NCBI GenBank assembly: GCA_964236955.1
Contig: CAXSGP010000013.1
Location: 1-43,219 of the forward strand
Origin: an uncultured Oligoflexus sp.
Lineage (GTDB): Bacteria > Bdellovibrionota_B > Oligoflexia > Oligoflexales > Oligoflexaceae
Length of the DNA stretch: 43,219 nucleotides
Direction: 5' to 3'
Shown piece after piece: positions 9,665 through 19,428 of the stretch. A program made the position numbers and the translations under genes. A model generated the notes under the pieces. That model had not been told where the DNA came from. It made no database searches and saw only the letters and a list, made by a program, of their open reading frames with translations. Positions within the stretch are counted from its first letter, which is position 1. Each line of letters opens with the position of its first letter.

Positions 9665-11521
9665 CTACAGCTTGCTCCGCCTCTGCTCATCATACCAGGC
9701 CCGGGCATTGGAGAGTTTCCACTGCGAGTGCTCACCGTCAAGTCCATAAGCTCCCGTCAAACCCGCATAATCAAGCAAAAAGCGTGCCCGGGTCGATTGG
9801 CTCCCATTGCTTTGATCCATCCAGCCCATGATGGCCAGGTCACCGGCCTGGGCTTTAAAATCACGCAGCGAAAATGCCTTCTCCGTTGCTTCAATGTGAA
9901 AATCGACCTTGGGTTGTTTCAGGTCAAAAGCTTTTTGTATCCATTCCGGAAAGCTCCTGTCATTGACAAGAAAAGCCAGCACCGGTTGGAGATTGTCGCC
10001 CGAAAGCTCAACCCTGCTGGACAGGGCCACAGGTTTTTCATAGTTTACGGAAGCCTCGGTAAAATGCAGGGATCCGTTCCAGTCCTTACGATCAAGGAAA
10101 GTAAGATCCTTGACTTCCACTCCGGCATCCTCGATGCCAATCTCGCCCTTCTTCAAATTCATCCGATTGATCTTGATCTTGGAGTCCGCTGATCCAACAA
10201 AGCGCAGCGATTTTTTATAGAGCGCCTGCAGATCTTTGATCTTCAACAGAAATTGCCCCTGCGACTGCTTGACGTTCGAACTTGCATGAAATTCGCCGCT
10301 TAGAAAGCCTTGGCCTTTTTCCAAGGTCAAAGGCAAGGACTGCGGAATGTATTGCTGCAAAAACTGCACACGGTTGATTTGAGTCGAAGGCAGCAAGGCA
10401 TGGGCACTCCATTCCTGCCATTGAGGAATAACGCCTTTATCCGCTGTATCAAGCGTCAGGAGAAACCCCTTGCCTGATCCGTCACGGCCCTTATTTAAGA
10501 AAAATTCGCCGAATTTCAGTTCCAGATGATTACTTTTCCCAACATGCCATTGGAAGGAAGCCGGCCCATAAATATTCTGACGCATAAGATTGACATTGAC
10601 CGTCTCGGCGGCAAATATCAGTTCACTACCCTCACGCCAGCTGCCCTTCTCCATCCCGACATCGCCATCAACCGTCAAAGCGGAACCGGCGAGTTCAAAC
10701 CAATCGAGGTTTTTAATAAAAGGGTCCAGGCTTTCGAGGCTGTCGAGCTTGCCTTTAAGCTGCCACCGCGTGCTTATCTTTGTTAGTAGCCCCTGCCATT
10801 CCTTTTCATTCAAAGAGAAGGGCTGCGTTGAACTTTTGATGTTGGCAAGATCGATTGTTGCGAATTTTTCGGCGCCGTGGACGACGGCAAGATCCCGCGC
10901 ATCCGCTTCGGATTCCTCCAGGACGAAAAAACCTTTCGAATCGGTCTGGAAACTGGCTTTGAGATCCGCATGACCGGTCCAAAGCCAACTTGCAACTTTG
11001 ACCTGATGGAGATTGCTAAAGCGGACGCCACTGAACACAGTGGTCCAAAGTTTATCGTCCTTCCCCTTGGCTTCAGCACTCCCTTCCCCTGCCTCTGAGG
11101 GTTTGCCTTTAGGATCCGATCGATCTGCCTCACTAAACTCGCCCCCGCCTCTTACCTTCCCAGTGCCTTCAAGCGAATGCGCCCCTTCCTCGACTTCAAT
11201 CGTCACATCGCTGGCCTTGAGGCCGTTGATTGCCACCCTGTTACGGAGCAGCTGTAGAATATTAAAATGAAAGCTCACCACTTCCGCTTTGACCTGATAG
11301 GTGGCATCGTCAGCAAATCCGGTAAAGACGAATTTTTTAAATTGGAAAAACCCTGGCCAGGGCGAATAACCATCGCGTGCATCGAACTGGAGTTCGGCCG
11401 TGTTGATTCTCTTGAAAAAAGCCTCGCTATTAAGATAGGAACGGGTCCCAAAGAACCAGACCCCTTCGAACACTGCGACAAAGGTCAAACATCCCAAAGC
11501 TATCCGCACGAATTTATTCAT
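9665..11521 (-). CDS. Membrane-anchored beta-rich protein, possibly AsmA-like
   Basis: 618 aa; N-terminal TM helix followed by alternating hydrophobic beta-strand pattern throughout; family is inferred. Confidence 0.7.
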   Translation of the reverse strand: MNKFVRIALGCLTFVAVFEGVWFFGTRSYLNSEAFFKRINTAELQFDARDGYSPWPGFFQFKKFVFTGFADDATYQVKAEVVSFHFNILQLLRNRVAINGLKASDVTIEVEEGAHSLEGTGKVRGGGEFSEADRSDPKGKPSEAGEGSAEAKGKDDKLWTTVFSGVRFSNLHQVKVASWLWTGHADLKASFQTDSKGFFVLEESEADARDLAVVHGAEKFATIDLANIKSSTQPFSLNEKEWQGLLTKISTRWQLKGKLDSLESLDPFIKNLDWFELAGSALTVDGDVGMEKGSWREGSELIFAAETVNVNLMRQNIYGPASFQWHVGKSNHLELKFGEFFLNKGRDGSGKGFLLTLDTADKGVIPQWQEWSAHALLPSTQINRVQFLQQYIPQSLPLTLEKGQGFLSGEFHASSNVKQSQGQFLLKIKDLQALYKKSLRFVGSADSKIKINRMNLKKGEIGIEDAGVEVKDLTFLDRKDWNGSLHFTEASVNYEKPVALSSRVELSGDNLQPVLAFLVNDRSFPEWIQKAFDLKQPKVDFHIEATEKAFSLRDFKAQAGDLAIMGWMDQSNGSQSTRARFLLDYAGLTGAYGLDGEHSQWKLSNARAWYDEQRRSKL

Positions 11522-11662
11522 ATACGCCTCATAACGGCGACCGCAATGAGGCCCCAGTCTTAGCTTATACGGAAAGTCCGGGAGAGTGAAATAGGGAAAA
11601 TTGATTTTTTGTTAGATTACAATACCTTGGAGCTTTTGTGGGACGGATGGGAGGGCGGTGGG

Positions 11663-11693
11663 AGCGGTGAGGAAGGCTTTGGACCTCACCGCT
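11663..11693. terminator. Stem-loop after the 11699-12403 gene
   Basis: AGCGGTGAGG-N11-CCTCACCGCT, a perfect 10-bp stem; no clear U tract. Confidence 0.45.
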
Positions 11694-11698
11694 GACGA

Positions 11699-12403
11699 TC
11701 AGTAGATATTGGTAATGCAGTCTTTCGCACTATCAAAAATTATAACTGTCGCGTCCTTAAGTGCGGGGTCCGAGTAGACAATTGCATAGGGATTTTTTTC
11801 ATCACCGGTCATTGTTTTATCATTGGTGAAGTAAAAAAAGCCAAAGTCCTGGGCGCCATGCACATCAAATACAATGCTGTCGGAAATTGCTGTTTTGAAG
11901 CCGCCCTGTTTTTCGGACCAGAAGATGCCGCTGGCATGGCCCGAGGCAGCCGACGAGATTCGGCTTTGCACATAGAGAGATTTATTGGCAAATTCCGTGA
12001 TCGAATAATCGAAATTGATACCGCCTTCAGGAACGCTGTCGAGACCGGCCTGAGTGGTCAGATCCTCCTTGCTCATGGTGGTCGAACAATAGACGGTGGA
12101 CTTGATTCCCGCGGACGAGGAGGCTCCGGGAGTGCCGATATCGATTCGGGTCCAGTTGGGAACTATGCAGGTTGCAAAGGTCGCTTCCTTGCGCAGATAA
12201 ACCAGCTGGCCATCGGTAGCAGCCGCACAATCGGGAAGCTGGGCGGCATCCATAAAGGATAGGGACGCGGCAACCGCTGGAGCGACTGGCAAGGGGTTGC
12301 CGTTTTCTGATCCCGGGATGGGGCCTGAGACGATATTCTGTTTATCAATCTTTCCACAAGCGAAGGTAAGCCCCGCTATTAGAACGAGATACGTAAAACG
12401 CAT
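11699..12403 (-). CDS. Hypothetical lipoprotein
   Basis: RBS GAGGA; lipobox LTFAC; Cys-paired module LPDC..GQLVY..FATC. Confidence 0.8.
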   Translation of the reverse strand: MRFTYLVLIAGLTFACGKIDKQNIVSGPIPGSENGNPLPVAPAVAASLSFMDAAQLPDCAAATDGQLVYLRKEATFATCIVPNWTRIDIGTPGASSSAGIKSTVYCSTTMSKEDLTTQAGLDSVPEGGINFDYSITEFANKSLYVQSRISSAASGHASGIFWSEKQGGFKTAISDSIVFDVHGAQDFGFFYFTNDKTMTGDEKNPYAIVYSDPALKDATVIIFDSAKDCITNIY

Positions 12404-13097
12404 GTGTATTTCCTCACAAATAGCATCGATGCTTTAGTCTAGCATTTTTTGCCCAGCCTGGGCGAGGAGGCGCTCGGTCATGGTTTCGAAAGTTATTGCT
12501 TAGGCAAGATATTATTGAGCTTATAGCGGGAATTTTTATTGGCTAAAAATATTGAATCGATCCTAAGGCAGTCGCAAATGAAAGACGCTTTCCAGGGAAA
12601 GAGACCACCAGCTTATCCCGACAGCGAGGCCGCATGGCCAGGAAAAAATAAGGCTGATCGGCTTCCCCGTTCGCTGTCAAAAATCAGCGATAATTTCAGC
12701 ATTCCTGCCCCATGTTCTGTCCCAACGCAATCCCAGTTCTGCAAGATCCTTGAGGCATTGTAATTTTAATCAATATAAACAATTGGTTGAAATGAGGTTT
12801 GGGGAGTTGACAGGAGCATGATGTTCATACTTACCAATACTTTTGGACTTGAATATAGCCTTCAGGGATCAAGTTACGATCGCAGATCCAGACGAGCCGC
12901 TGTATAAGCGAAGCTGCAGACGTGGATTTTTGCTCAATCGGCTCCTGTTGATACGAAAGCTCGGTGAGGAGTGCCCTGTGAAAGTCACCGCGAATATATA
13001 AAATCCTAACGCCCGCACGATTTTCCAGGCCACTCCTCCTTCTACGCAAACTGGGAATATTGCCTTCAAACGCGACTCAAAGGAAAGGTCCAGACGA

Positions 13098-13967
13098 ATG
13101 AGAGCAGCGAAACGTCACCACTCAGCTTGGGTTTCCGGAATCAAGCTCCATTGGATAAGCCTTGGCAAAAAAAGTGCATTACCGACCGTGGTCATGCTGC
13201 ATGGTCTTAATGATTGTGCTTTGACCTGGCTAACCATTGGCGAAGAATTGGCCCGCGATCGCCAGGTGCTCATTCCGGATTTGCCTGGGCATGGTCAATC
13301 GGATCGGCCCAATGCCAGCTACCAATTGAGTTGGTATGCTGAGGTCATGTCCGAATGGATGCGGCAGCAGAACATTCGCAATGCCGATTTAATTGGCCAT
13401 TCCTTTGGCGGCGGGGTGGCTCAGGTTATGCTTCTAAGCTGCCGGGAACGCGTGCGTCGACTCGTGTTGGTTTCTTCCGGTGGGCTTGGCAAAGAAGTTA
13501 ACTTTGCCCTGCGTCTGGCATCCTTGCCGTTCCTGATCGAAAACCTCGGCCAGCCGCTGATGAAGATCGGCACGCAGATCGCATTAAGACTGGCTCGCGA
13601 TGGACGTTCGGGCCAGGACATTAACGTCTTAAGTCGATTCAATGCCAGGCAGGGCTCGGCCCGAGTGTTTTCGCGCACGGTTCGCGACGTCATCAACCTG
13701 CGAGGCCAGCGGCGCGGCTACCATGAGCGCCTTCATGAGGTCAGGGATCTACCGCCCATTCTGGTTCTTTGGGGTGCTAAGGACCCTATCATCCCTGCTG
13801 CGCATGCCCTTGGCTTTACCCTCAGTGTCAATCGGGCCCGCATGATCGTTCTTGAGCACTCCGGCCATTATCCACACTATCAGGAAACCGCTTTATTTAC
13901 CCAGCATCTGCGCGATTTTTTAGCGACGCCGCATCCCTTGAAAATGAAGAGAGCCATTGGTCTGTGA
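13098..13967 (+). CDS. Alpha/beta fold hydrolase
   Basis: HG oxyanion motif, DLPGHGQS, nucleophile GHSFGG, WGAKD, SGHYPH. Confidence 0.92.
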   Translation: MRAAKRHHSAWVSGIKLHWISLGKKSALPTVVMLHGLNDCALTWLTIGEELARDRQVLIPDLPGHGQSDRPNASYQLSWYAEVMSEWMRQQNIRNADLIGHSFGGGVAQVMLLSCRERVRRLVLVSSGGLGKEVNFALRLASLPFLIENLGQPLMKIGTQIALRLARDGRSGQDINVLSRFNARQGSARVFSRTVRDVINLRGQRRGYHERLHEVRDLPPILVLWGAKDPIIPAAHALGFTLSVNRARMIVLEHSGHYPHYQETALFTQHLRDFLATPHPLKMKRAIGL

Positions 13968-14000
13968 AGGATAGCGGAAAGTAAAGCCCTTGAAAGAAAG

Positions 14001-14028
14001 AAGCCGCGTCATGAGACGCGGCTTTTTT
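14001..14028. terminator. Bidirectional intrinsic terminator
   Basis: AAGCCGCGTC-ATGA-GACGCGGCTT then TTTT, with an A-rich tract on the other side; lies between convergent genes. Confidence 0.85.
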
Positions 14029-14067
14029 AAAGGGCTCAGGCCGAGATATTTTATGCTTCGCCAGCCC

Positions 14068-14883
14068 TTAGTCGACTCGAGCCGGTCGAGTCCTTTTTGC
14101 ACTAAGAGAGAATCCAGAGTTAAGATCGGCAATGCAATTTCCGATTTCATAAACCAATGGTCCAACCGAGCGACCTAAAACTTTATGCTCATAGCCTTTT
14201 CTATGCAGCATTTCATGGATGACCGCACCGGCAAAGGCCTCGGTGGAGTAGTCAAACTGGTTGACTGCATTGGCAGCGCTTTGATTCAAGGCAAGACTAT
14301 TTATTCCAAAATTCATATCACTATTGGTCGGCAGTCGATCGTTGCCAATATCAGCATGGGCCAATGCCAACCCTTCTTCCACGTTACCCGCATCGGCAAA
14401 GGCTGAGATGACGATTGGCTGGTGCGTGTCGAGATGAAAGAGAAAGCCGAATTGCAGGGACGTGATAGCCCAGTTTATCTTTTTGGCTTTAGTATCGAGG
14501 CCTGGCGATAATGTGCTGCCCTTCGGGTCAAGCTCATTTAGCACCTTTGCTCGTAGGGTACAAGCCTCCAGGGCAGACGGCTGCGGGCCGGTCCAAAAGT
14601 CGGAATAACGCTGCATCGACAAGCGAAGTGCGGGTTGGATTCTGGCTTTCTGGGCTTTGTTGAATCCATCCAGACGATAGAGCACATTGATGATGCGATC
14701 ACCCAGATTCACAGGGGTGCAGACAAAGTTATCATTATTGATGATGGCGATTCCGTATTCCTGACAAGGAAACCCTACCAGAGAAGTTAAACCTGAATCG
14801 TCTGCCTGATTCTGGGATTCATCACCGCATGAACTTATGATGAAACCAAAGGCCAAAACCATAAATTTGAGAATATTTTTCAT
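14068..14883 (-). CDS. Lipoprotein with zinc metallopeptidase motif
   Basis: RBS GAGGA; lipobox ISSC; HEMLHRKGYEH matches HExxHxxGxxH. Confidence 0.8.
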   Translation of the reverse strand: MKNILKFMVLAFGFIISSCGDESQNQADDSGLTSLVGFPCQEYGIAIINNDNFVCTPVNLGDRIINVLYRLDGFNKAQKARIQPALRLSMQRYSDFWTGPQPSALEACTLRAKVLNELDPKGSTLSPGLDTKAKKINWAITSLQFGFLFHLDTHQPIVISAFADAGNVEEGLALAHADIGNDRLPTNSDMNFGINSLALNQSAANAVNQFDYSTEAFAGAVIHEMLHRKGYEHKVLGRSVGPLVYEIGNCIADLNSGFSLSAKRTRPARVD

Positions 14884-15280
14884 TTCTTTTTCCTCTTGAT
14901 ATCAATGATTCCTCTAAGAGCTGCTGCCTATTCAAACTAACAAGCCCTTAATCTTTGTGCACCGAATACGGGTTGGTATCTGGTGATGCGATATGAGGCG
15001 AAGGCATGGGGCTTTAACGCAAAGACCCACCCGGGGGCCTATGCTAAGCTATTATTTTACTTAAACTTTTGAAGTTTTTTAAGGACCAATCAGACTTCTG
15101 GGACCGGCCCGCCGCTGCCGATCATGAGCAACATGTGCTTAGGATTGCGGATCCACGGGGGATGATAATTAAGGCTTGCGGGAACCAAAGGCAGGAATTT
15201 GGTATTTTTGCTAGCGCGTTCCCGGCAAGTTCGATTGGGTGCGCCTGCAAAAAAACAAGGCTAAACCAAGCCCCCCCAAG

Positions 15281-16072
15281 TTAATGCTTCAGCTTAAACT
15301 TTTCTGGGTAAAGCGCGTTGTAAATCAACGCTCCAATCAGAACGGCAAACATGATGGGTAGAAACACATACTCAGGAATATGGATACCAATCAAAGGAAC
15401 ATGCGTCTGACCGATGTCAATGGCGTTGACTTCCATGACCACCTTTATGCCTGCAATTCCCACCATGACGAAAGCCGTGGGCACGAGTATAGGAAATTTG
15501 TCGATGAGCTTTACGAAATACGATGCTGCAATTCGCATCATCAAAATCCCGATGATAGCGCCAGCGATGAGCACCCATTTCTCACTTGATACAGCCAGGG
15601 CCACCGCAATGGAATCGATGGAAAACATCAGATCCATCAGCTCGACCGCGACGATGACGCCAATGATTTTTTTAATGGATGCCTTCCTGGGAACATTGAC
15701 CCCAGGCGGGTTGATCAAGTCAGCCACGGCCTTGCCGTCAGTCTCCGGCGAAGCTTCTTCAGCGGCTTCTATTTTCAGAAATAATTCATGGACGGCCATC
15801 CAGATCAAATAGAGGCCGGCCACCAGCTTGACCGATTCGTGCTGCATCAGCCACACGCCGACAAAGACGATGCCGATTCGAATGACGTAAGCCCCCCAGA
15901 TACCCCAGAGCAGAGCATGCTTTCTATCGTCGGGATGGGTAAGACGGCCGGAGACCAAGGCTGCCAAAGCCAATGCATTATCGAAACTGAGCAGGCCTTC
16001 CAGTATGGCCAACTGCAAGACCATGCCGAGGCTAGTAAGATTGATGTGACTTAAGATGGCTGTGAAATCCAC
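15281..16072 (-). CDS. TerC family (Alx/YkoY-like) metal homeostasis membrane protein
   Basis: LEGLLSFDNA and DLMFSIDS motifs, multiple TM helices; GTG 16072 preceded by GAGGA. Confidence 0.9.
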   Translation of the reverse strand: MDFTAILSHINLTSLGMVLQLAILEGLLSFDNALALAALVSGRLTHPDDRKHALLWGIWGAYVIRIGIVFVGVWLMQHESVKLVAGLYLIWMAVHELFLKIEAAEEASPETDGKAVADLINPPGVNVPRKASIKKIIGVIVAVELMDLMFSIDSIAVALAVSSEKWVLIAGAIIGILMMRIAASYFVKLIDKFPILVPTAFVMVGIAGIKVVMEVNAIDIGQTHVPLIGIHIPEYVFLPIMFAVLIGALIYNALYPEKFKLKH

Positions 16073-16255
16073 GGGTATCCTCAACGGTACGTAAATGATG
16101 AGCAGGCCGTTTACTTTAACGGGCTGAACATCGCCCGTCCAGATACTTCCTGGTAGCTAAACCCATACCTTTTGGGACAGAGTGCTGGCGCAAACCCGTC
16201 TATCCTTGTATACCCTTGGATTGCGACTCTCAATACTGCCGAAAGGATGGATTCC

Positions 16256-17266
16256 ATGACCGAAGCCCTAGACAGGAAAGTGATCTTATCGGGTATTCAA
16301 CCTACCAATAAATTAACGCTTGGCAATTATCTAGGCGCAATTAAGAATTGGGTTCGCATCCAAAACGACTACTCAGCCTACTTTATGGCAGTGGACCAAC
16401 ATGCCATCACCGCTAGACAAGATCCGGCGGCCTTGCGCAAGAATACCCTTTTCAGCGTGGCCTGTTACATTGCCGCAGGAATAGATCCTGAGCGTTGTGT
16501 GTTATTTATTCAATCGCAGGTTCCCCAACACTCGCAACTCGCCTGGACGCTCAATTGCTTCAGTTACATGGGCGAGCTCAGTCGAATGGTTCAATATAAA
16601 GAGAAAAGTGCCAAAAGCGGCAGCAATATTCCCGTCGGCTTATTTACTTATCCCCTGTTGATGGCAGCCGACATCCTACTCTACGATACCCACTTGGTGC
16701 CGGTCGGTGAGGATCAGACTCAACATGTTGAATTAACAAGAGATATTGCTGAACGGATGAACGCAATTTATGGCCCGGATACCTTTGTCATCCCGAAAGC
16801 CCATATACCAAAAGTCGCAGCGCGGGTGATGGATTTGCTTACGCCCACTTCCAAGATGAGCAAAAGCGCAGGCAATGACAACGGATCGATATTTATTTCC
16901 GACTCGGCGGCTGATATTGAGAAGAAATTCAAAAAGGCAACCACCGATTCGGAAACGGTGATCGCTTTCGATAGGGAGAGCAAACCAGGCGTCAGCAATC
17001 TTCTTAGTATTCAAGCGGCGATCACCGGCGAGTCCATCGAAGAGCTTATTGCGCGCTACGAAGGCAAGCAATACGGCCATCTCAAAATGGAAACGGCGCA
17101 GATCGTGATCAAGGAATTGAATCCGATTCAAGAACGGGCTCGTCACCTTGTTGACGAAAGAACCGAGCTTAATCGCATCCTGCGCTCAGGCGCCCAACGG
17201 GCGATGGAACACGCAGAACGGACGCTGAAAAGAATTCATGAGCGCATTGGATATGTCGCCTTTTAA
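16256..17266 (+). CDS. trpS: Tryptophan--tRNA ligase
   Basis: SGIQPT..TLGNY (HIGH), YPLLMAADIL, VPVGEDQ, KMSKS; ATG 16256 after AAGGA. Confidence 0.96.
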   Translation: MTEALDRKVILSGIQPTNKLTLGNYLGAIKNWVRIQNDYSAYFMAVDQHAITARQDPAALRKNTLFSVACYIAAGIDPERCVLFIQSQVPQHSQLAWTLNCFSYMGELSRMVQYKEKSAKSGSNIPVGLFTYPLLMAADILLYDTHLVPVGEDQTQHVELTRDIAERMNAIYGPDTFVIPKAHIPKVAARVMDLLTPTSKMSKSAGNDNGSIFISDSAADIEKKFKKATTDSETVIAFDRESKPGVSNLLSIQAAITGESIEELIARYEGKQYGHLKMETAQIVIKELNPIQERARHLVDERTELNRILRSGAQRAMEHAERTLKRIHERIGYVAF

Positions 17267-17301
17267 AGGCAGAAATAGTTTTACAGTAAAGGGTTCCATT
17301 C

Positions 17302-19428
17302 ATGGAGCTGCGTAGTTTTGCAGAACAGTTGCTGCTCGGGCAGAAACTCAGCGATAAATTAAGTTATCCCGAGAGCGTGAGCGATGAATGTCCGGGTCCA
17401 CCTTTTGCTCCCGTTCCCGACGTACCGGGGCGTCCACCCTTTATGCAATTTATGAGCGCCGATAAAAAGGCCCCCTTTCCTGCACCGAAGGATCTCCACA
17501 GTCCGAGGATGCGTGGCGTGGTTCTGCATTTCTTTGCCAATCATGAGCTTTTGGCGATAGAACTCATGGCTCTCGTCCTCCTAAAATTTCCCGATGCCCC
17601 TGCCGCCTTTCGCCAGGGCATCCTGAGAACCATTGGTGAAGAGCAGGAACATCTTGGACTCTATCTGAAACGAATGCAGGAGTTGGGAACCGAATTAGGT
17701 GACGTAAATGTCAATCGATTCTTCTGGGATTGTTTAAAGGACATGAAGAATCCCCTGGATTTCGTCACGGGAATGAGTCTAACCTTTGAACAGGCCAACC
17801 TAGATTTCGCATCGCACTATACCAAGGTCTTCCGCGAACTGGGTGATCTTGAGACCGCACAGATCCTGCAGAAGGTCTACGACGATGAAATCGGGCATGT
17901 AAAGCACGGCGTAAGTTGGTTGGAACGTTGGAAATCGCCAGACTTGACCCAATGGGAAGCCTATGAGGGGAATCTGCAACTCCCACTTAGCCCCGCTCGG
18001 GCCAAGGGCCCTATTTTTGATCGAGAAGCAAGACGGAGAGCAGACTTGACAGAAGAATACGTCGATAGCCTCTATATTCATGCCGGTACCAAAGGCCGCG
18101 TGCCTTCCCTCTATTGGTACAATGCCGATTGCGAACTTGAACTCGCGCGCGAGGCGCCCGGCTATCAGCCGCAGAAAGGCACTCAGAAGGTCATGGGCGA
18201 GCTCATGAGCAGTTTGCTGTACGTCGCCAAACCTGGCGATGTCGTCGTTACCCATCGCGCACCAACTCCCGCATACCTCAAGCAGCTGCGCGATCTAGGC
18301 TTTGATTTACCCGAATTTCATGTCCTTGCGGAAGATCAAAGAACCCTACCAAAGGAGCTAAAAGACCGGCGTTGGGAAAGTCTTTGCCCCTGGGGCTGGA
18401 CGCCGCGAACCCTTGATATTTTCAAAGCGATGAAGGCCCGCACGGCGATGCCGGTTGAGGTGTCCGAAGAAGGCTTCTGGCAAAGTTCGTGGATGGAACT
18501 CTTTCGTAAATCCGCGCTGCCTAAACTCCGCTCGGAACTGCGCGAGGAATTTCCGGAGCTGGGACCGGAAATATGGGGGCCAATCGAAGCGGATGGAGCC
18601 CTGCTTCATGATCTTACCGACGTTCTGATGACGATTGATACCATTCATAAGCGCTACAGGATTCCCGCCGTCATCAAAAGTCCTTATGGCTTTGCCGGAT
18701 CGGGGATGCTGCGTGCTTATCCTGACCAGGATCTGACCGACGCGCAGCTCGGCTGGATCGAGCGCCAGCTCGTTCTCTACGGCTGCATCCTTATCGAACC
18801 CTGGATGAAGCGTATCGTCGATATCTCAGTGGTATGGACTGCGGCTAACGACAAGATGGAAAGCTTTGTTTTCTACACCAACGCCAAGGGCCAATATAAA
18901 GGCCATTGTCTGCAGTCATTGAGTTATGCCCTGCTCCCCGAACATCGGGCCTTTCTCTACGATTCCAGACGTTTTGGCAAAGCTGGCTTCGATGCGTTGA
19001 TGGACGTCGCCCAGTCGGTAAAACGACGGCTGAGGCAGCACGGTTATCAATATGCGGCAGGCATCGATACCATGCTCTATGAATTTCAGGGACAGCTTTA
19101 TCTGAAAATCCTCGGCGAAGTGAACTGCCGCATGACGATGGGCCATGTCGCCAGCAATCTGCGTCGCCATATAGCGCCAACCCAATCGAGCGTCTGGCAA
19201 TCGGTAACGGTGATCGAAGCCCAGCGGCAGGGCTGGGGTAATCTACAGGAAATGGCTCAGGATTTGAGTGCGAGGTTTCCTCCAAAGCTCAAATTCGGCG
19301 TGATTGATGAAGGCATATTCTTCACCAGCGACCCGGCCCAGGCGCAATTTTTAGTGAGTCTCGTGGCGGTTGGTTACCAGGCGATAGAAGCCTGTGAAGG
19401 GCTCGGAGCTTTGGAAAAAAATGATTAG
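17302..19428 (+). CDS. DUF455 ferritin-like di-iron domain fused to an ATP-grasp domain
   Basis: N-terminal HFFANHELLAIE, EEQEH, FEQANLDF, DEIGHV; C-terminal PWGW, VIKSPYGFAGSG, LIEPW, GID, EVNCR. Confidence 0.85.
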   Translation: MELRSFAEQLLLGQKLSDKLSYPESVSDECPGPPFAPVPDVPGRPPFMQFMSADKKAPFPAPKDLHSPRMRGVVLHFFANHELLAIELMALVLLKFPDAPAAFRQGILRTIGEEQEHLGLYLKRMQELGTELGDVNVNRFFWDCLKDMKNPLDFVTGMSLTFEQANLDFASHYTKVFRELGDLETAQILQKVYDDEIGHVKHGVSWLERWKSPDLTQWEAYEGNLQLPLSPARAKGPIFDREARRRADLTEEYVDSLYIHAGTKGRVPSLYWYNADCELELAREAPGYQPQKGTQKVMGELMSSLLYVAKPGDVVVTHRAPTPAYLKQLRDLGFDLPEFHVLAEDQRTLPKELKDRRWESLCPWGWTPRTLDIFKAMKARTAMPVEVSEEGFWQSSWMELFRKSALPKLRSELREEFPELGPEIWGPIEADGALLHDLTDVLMTIDTIHKRYRIPAVIKSPYGFAGSGMLRAYPDQDLTDAQLGWIERQLVLYGCILIEPWMKRIVDISVVWTAANDKMESFVFYTNAKGQYKGHCLQSLSYALLPEHRAFLYDSRRFGKAGFDALMDVAQSVKRRLRQHGYQYAAGIDTMLYEFQGQLYLKILGEVNCRMTMGHVASNLRRHIAPTQSSVWQSVTVIEAQRQGWGNLQEMAQDLSARFPPKLKFGVIDEGIFFTSDPAQAQFLVSLVAVGYQAIEACEGLGALEKND

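Noticed and set aside
11571..11582. GGAAAGTCCGGG resembling the RNase P RNA 5' motif
   Set aside because: The intergenic gap is under 180 nt and the other conserved RNase P motifs are absent
16115..16140. GGCGATG..GCC on the minus strand resembling a fluoride riboswitch
   Set aside because: Lacks the pseudoknot partner and downstream conserved motif; kept only as a generic structured leader
16172..16255. N-terminal extensions of trpS (and likewise oxyR at 20509) in the ORF track
   Set aside because: Better RBS-supported starts lie downstream (16256 and 20569), where family similarity begins
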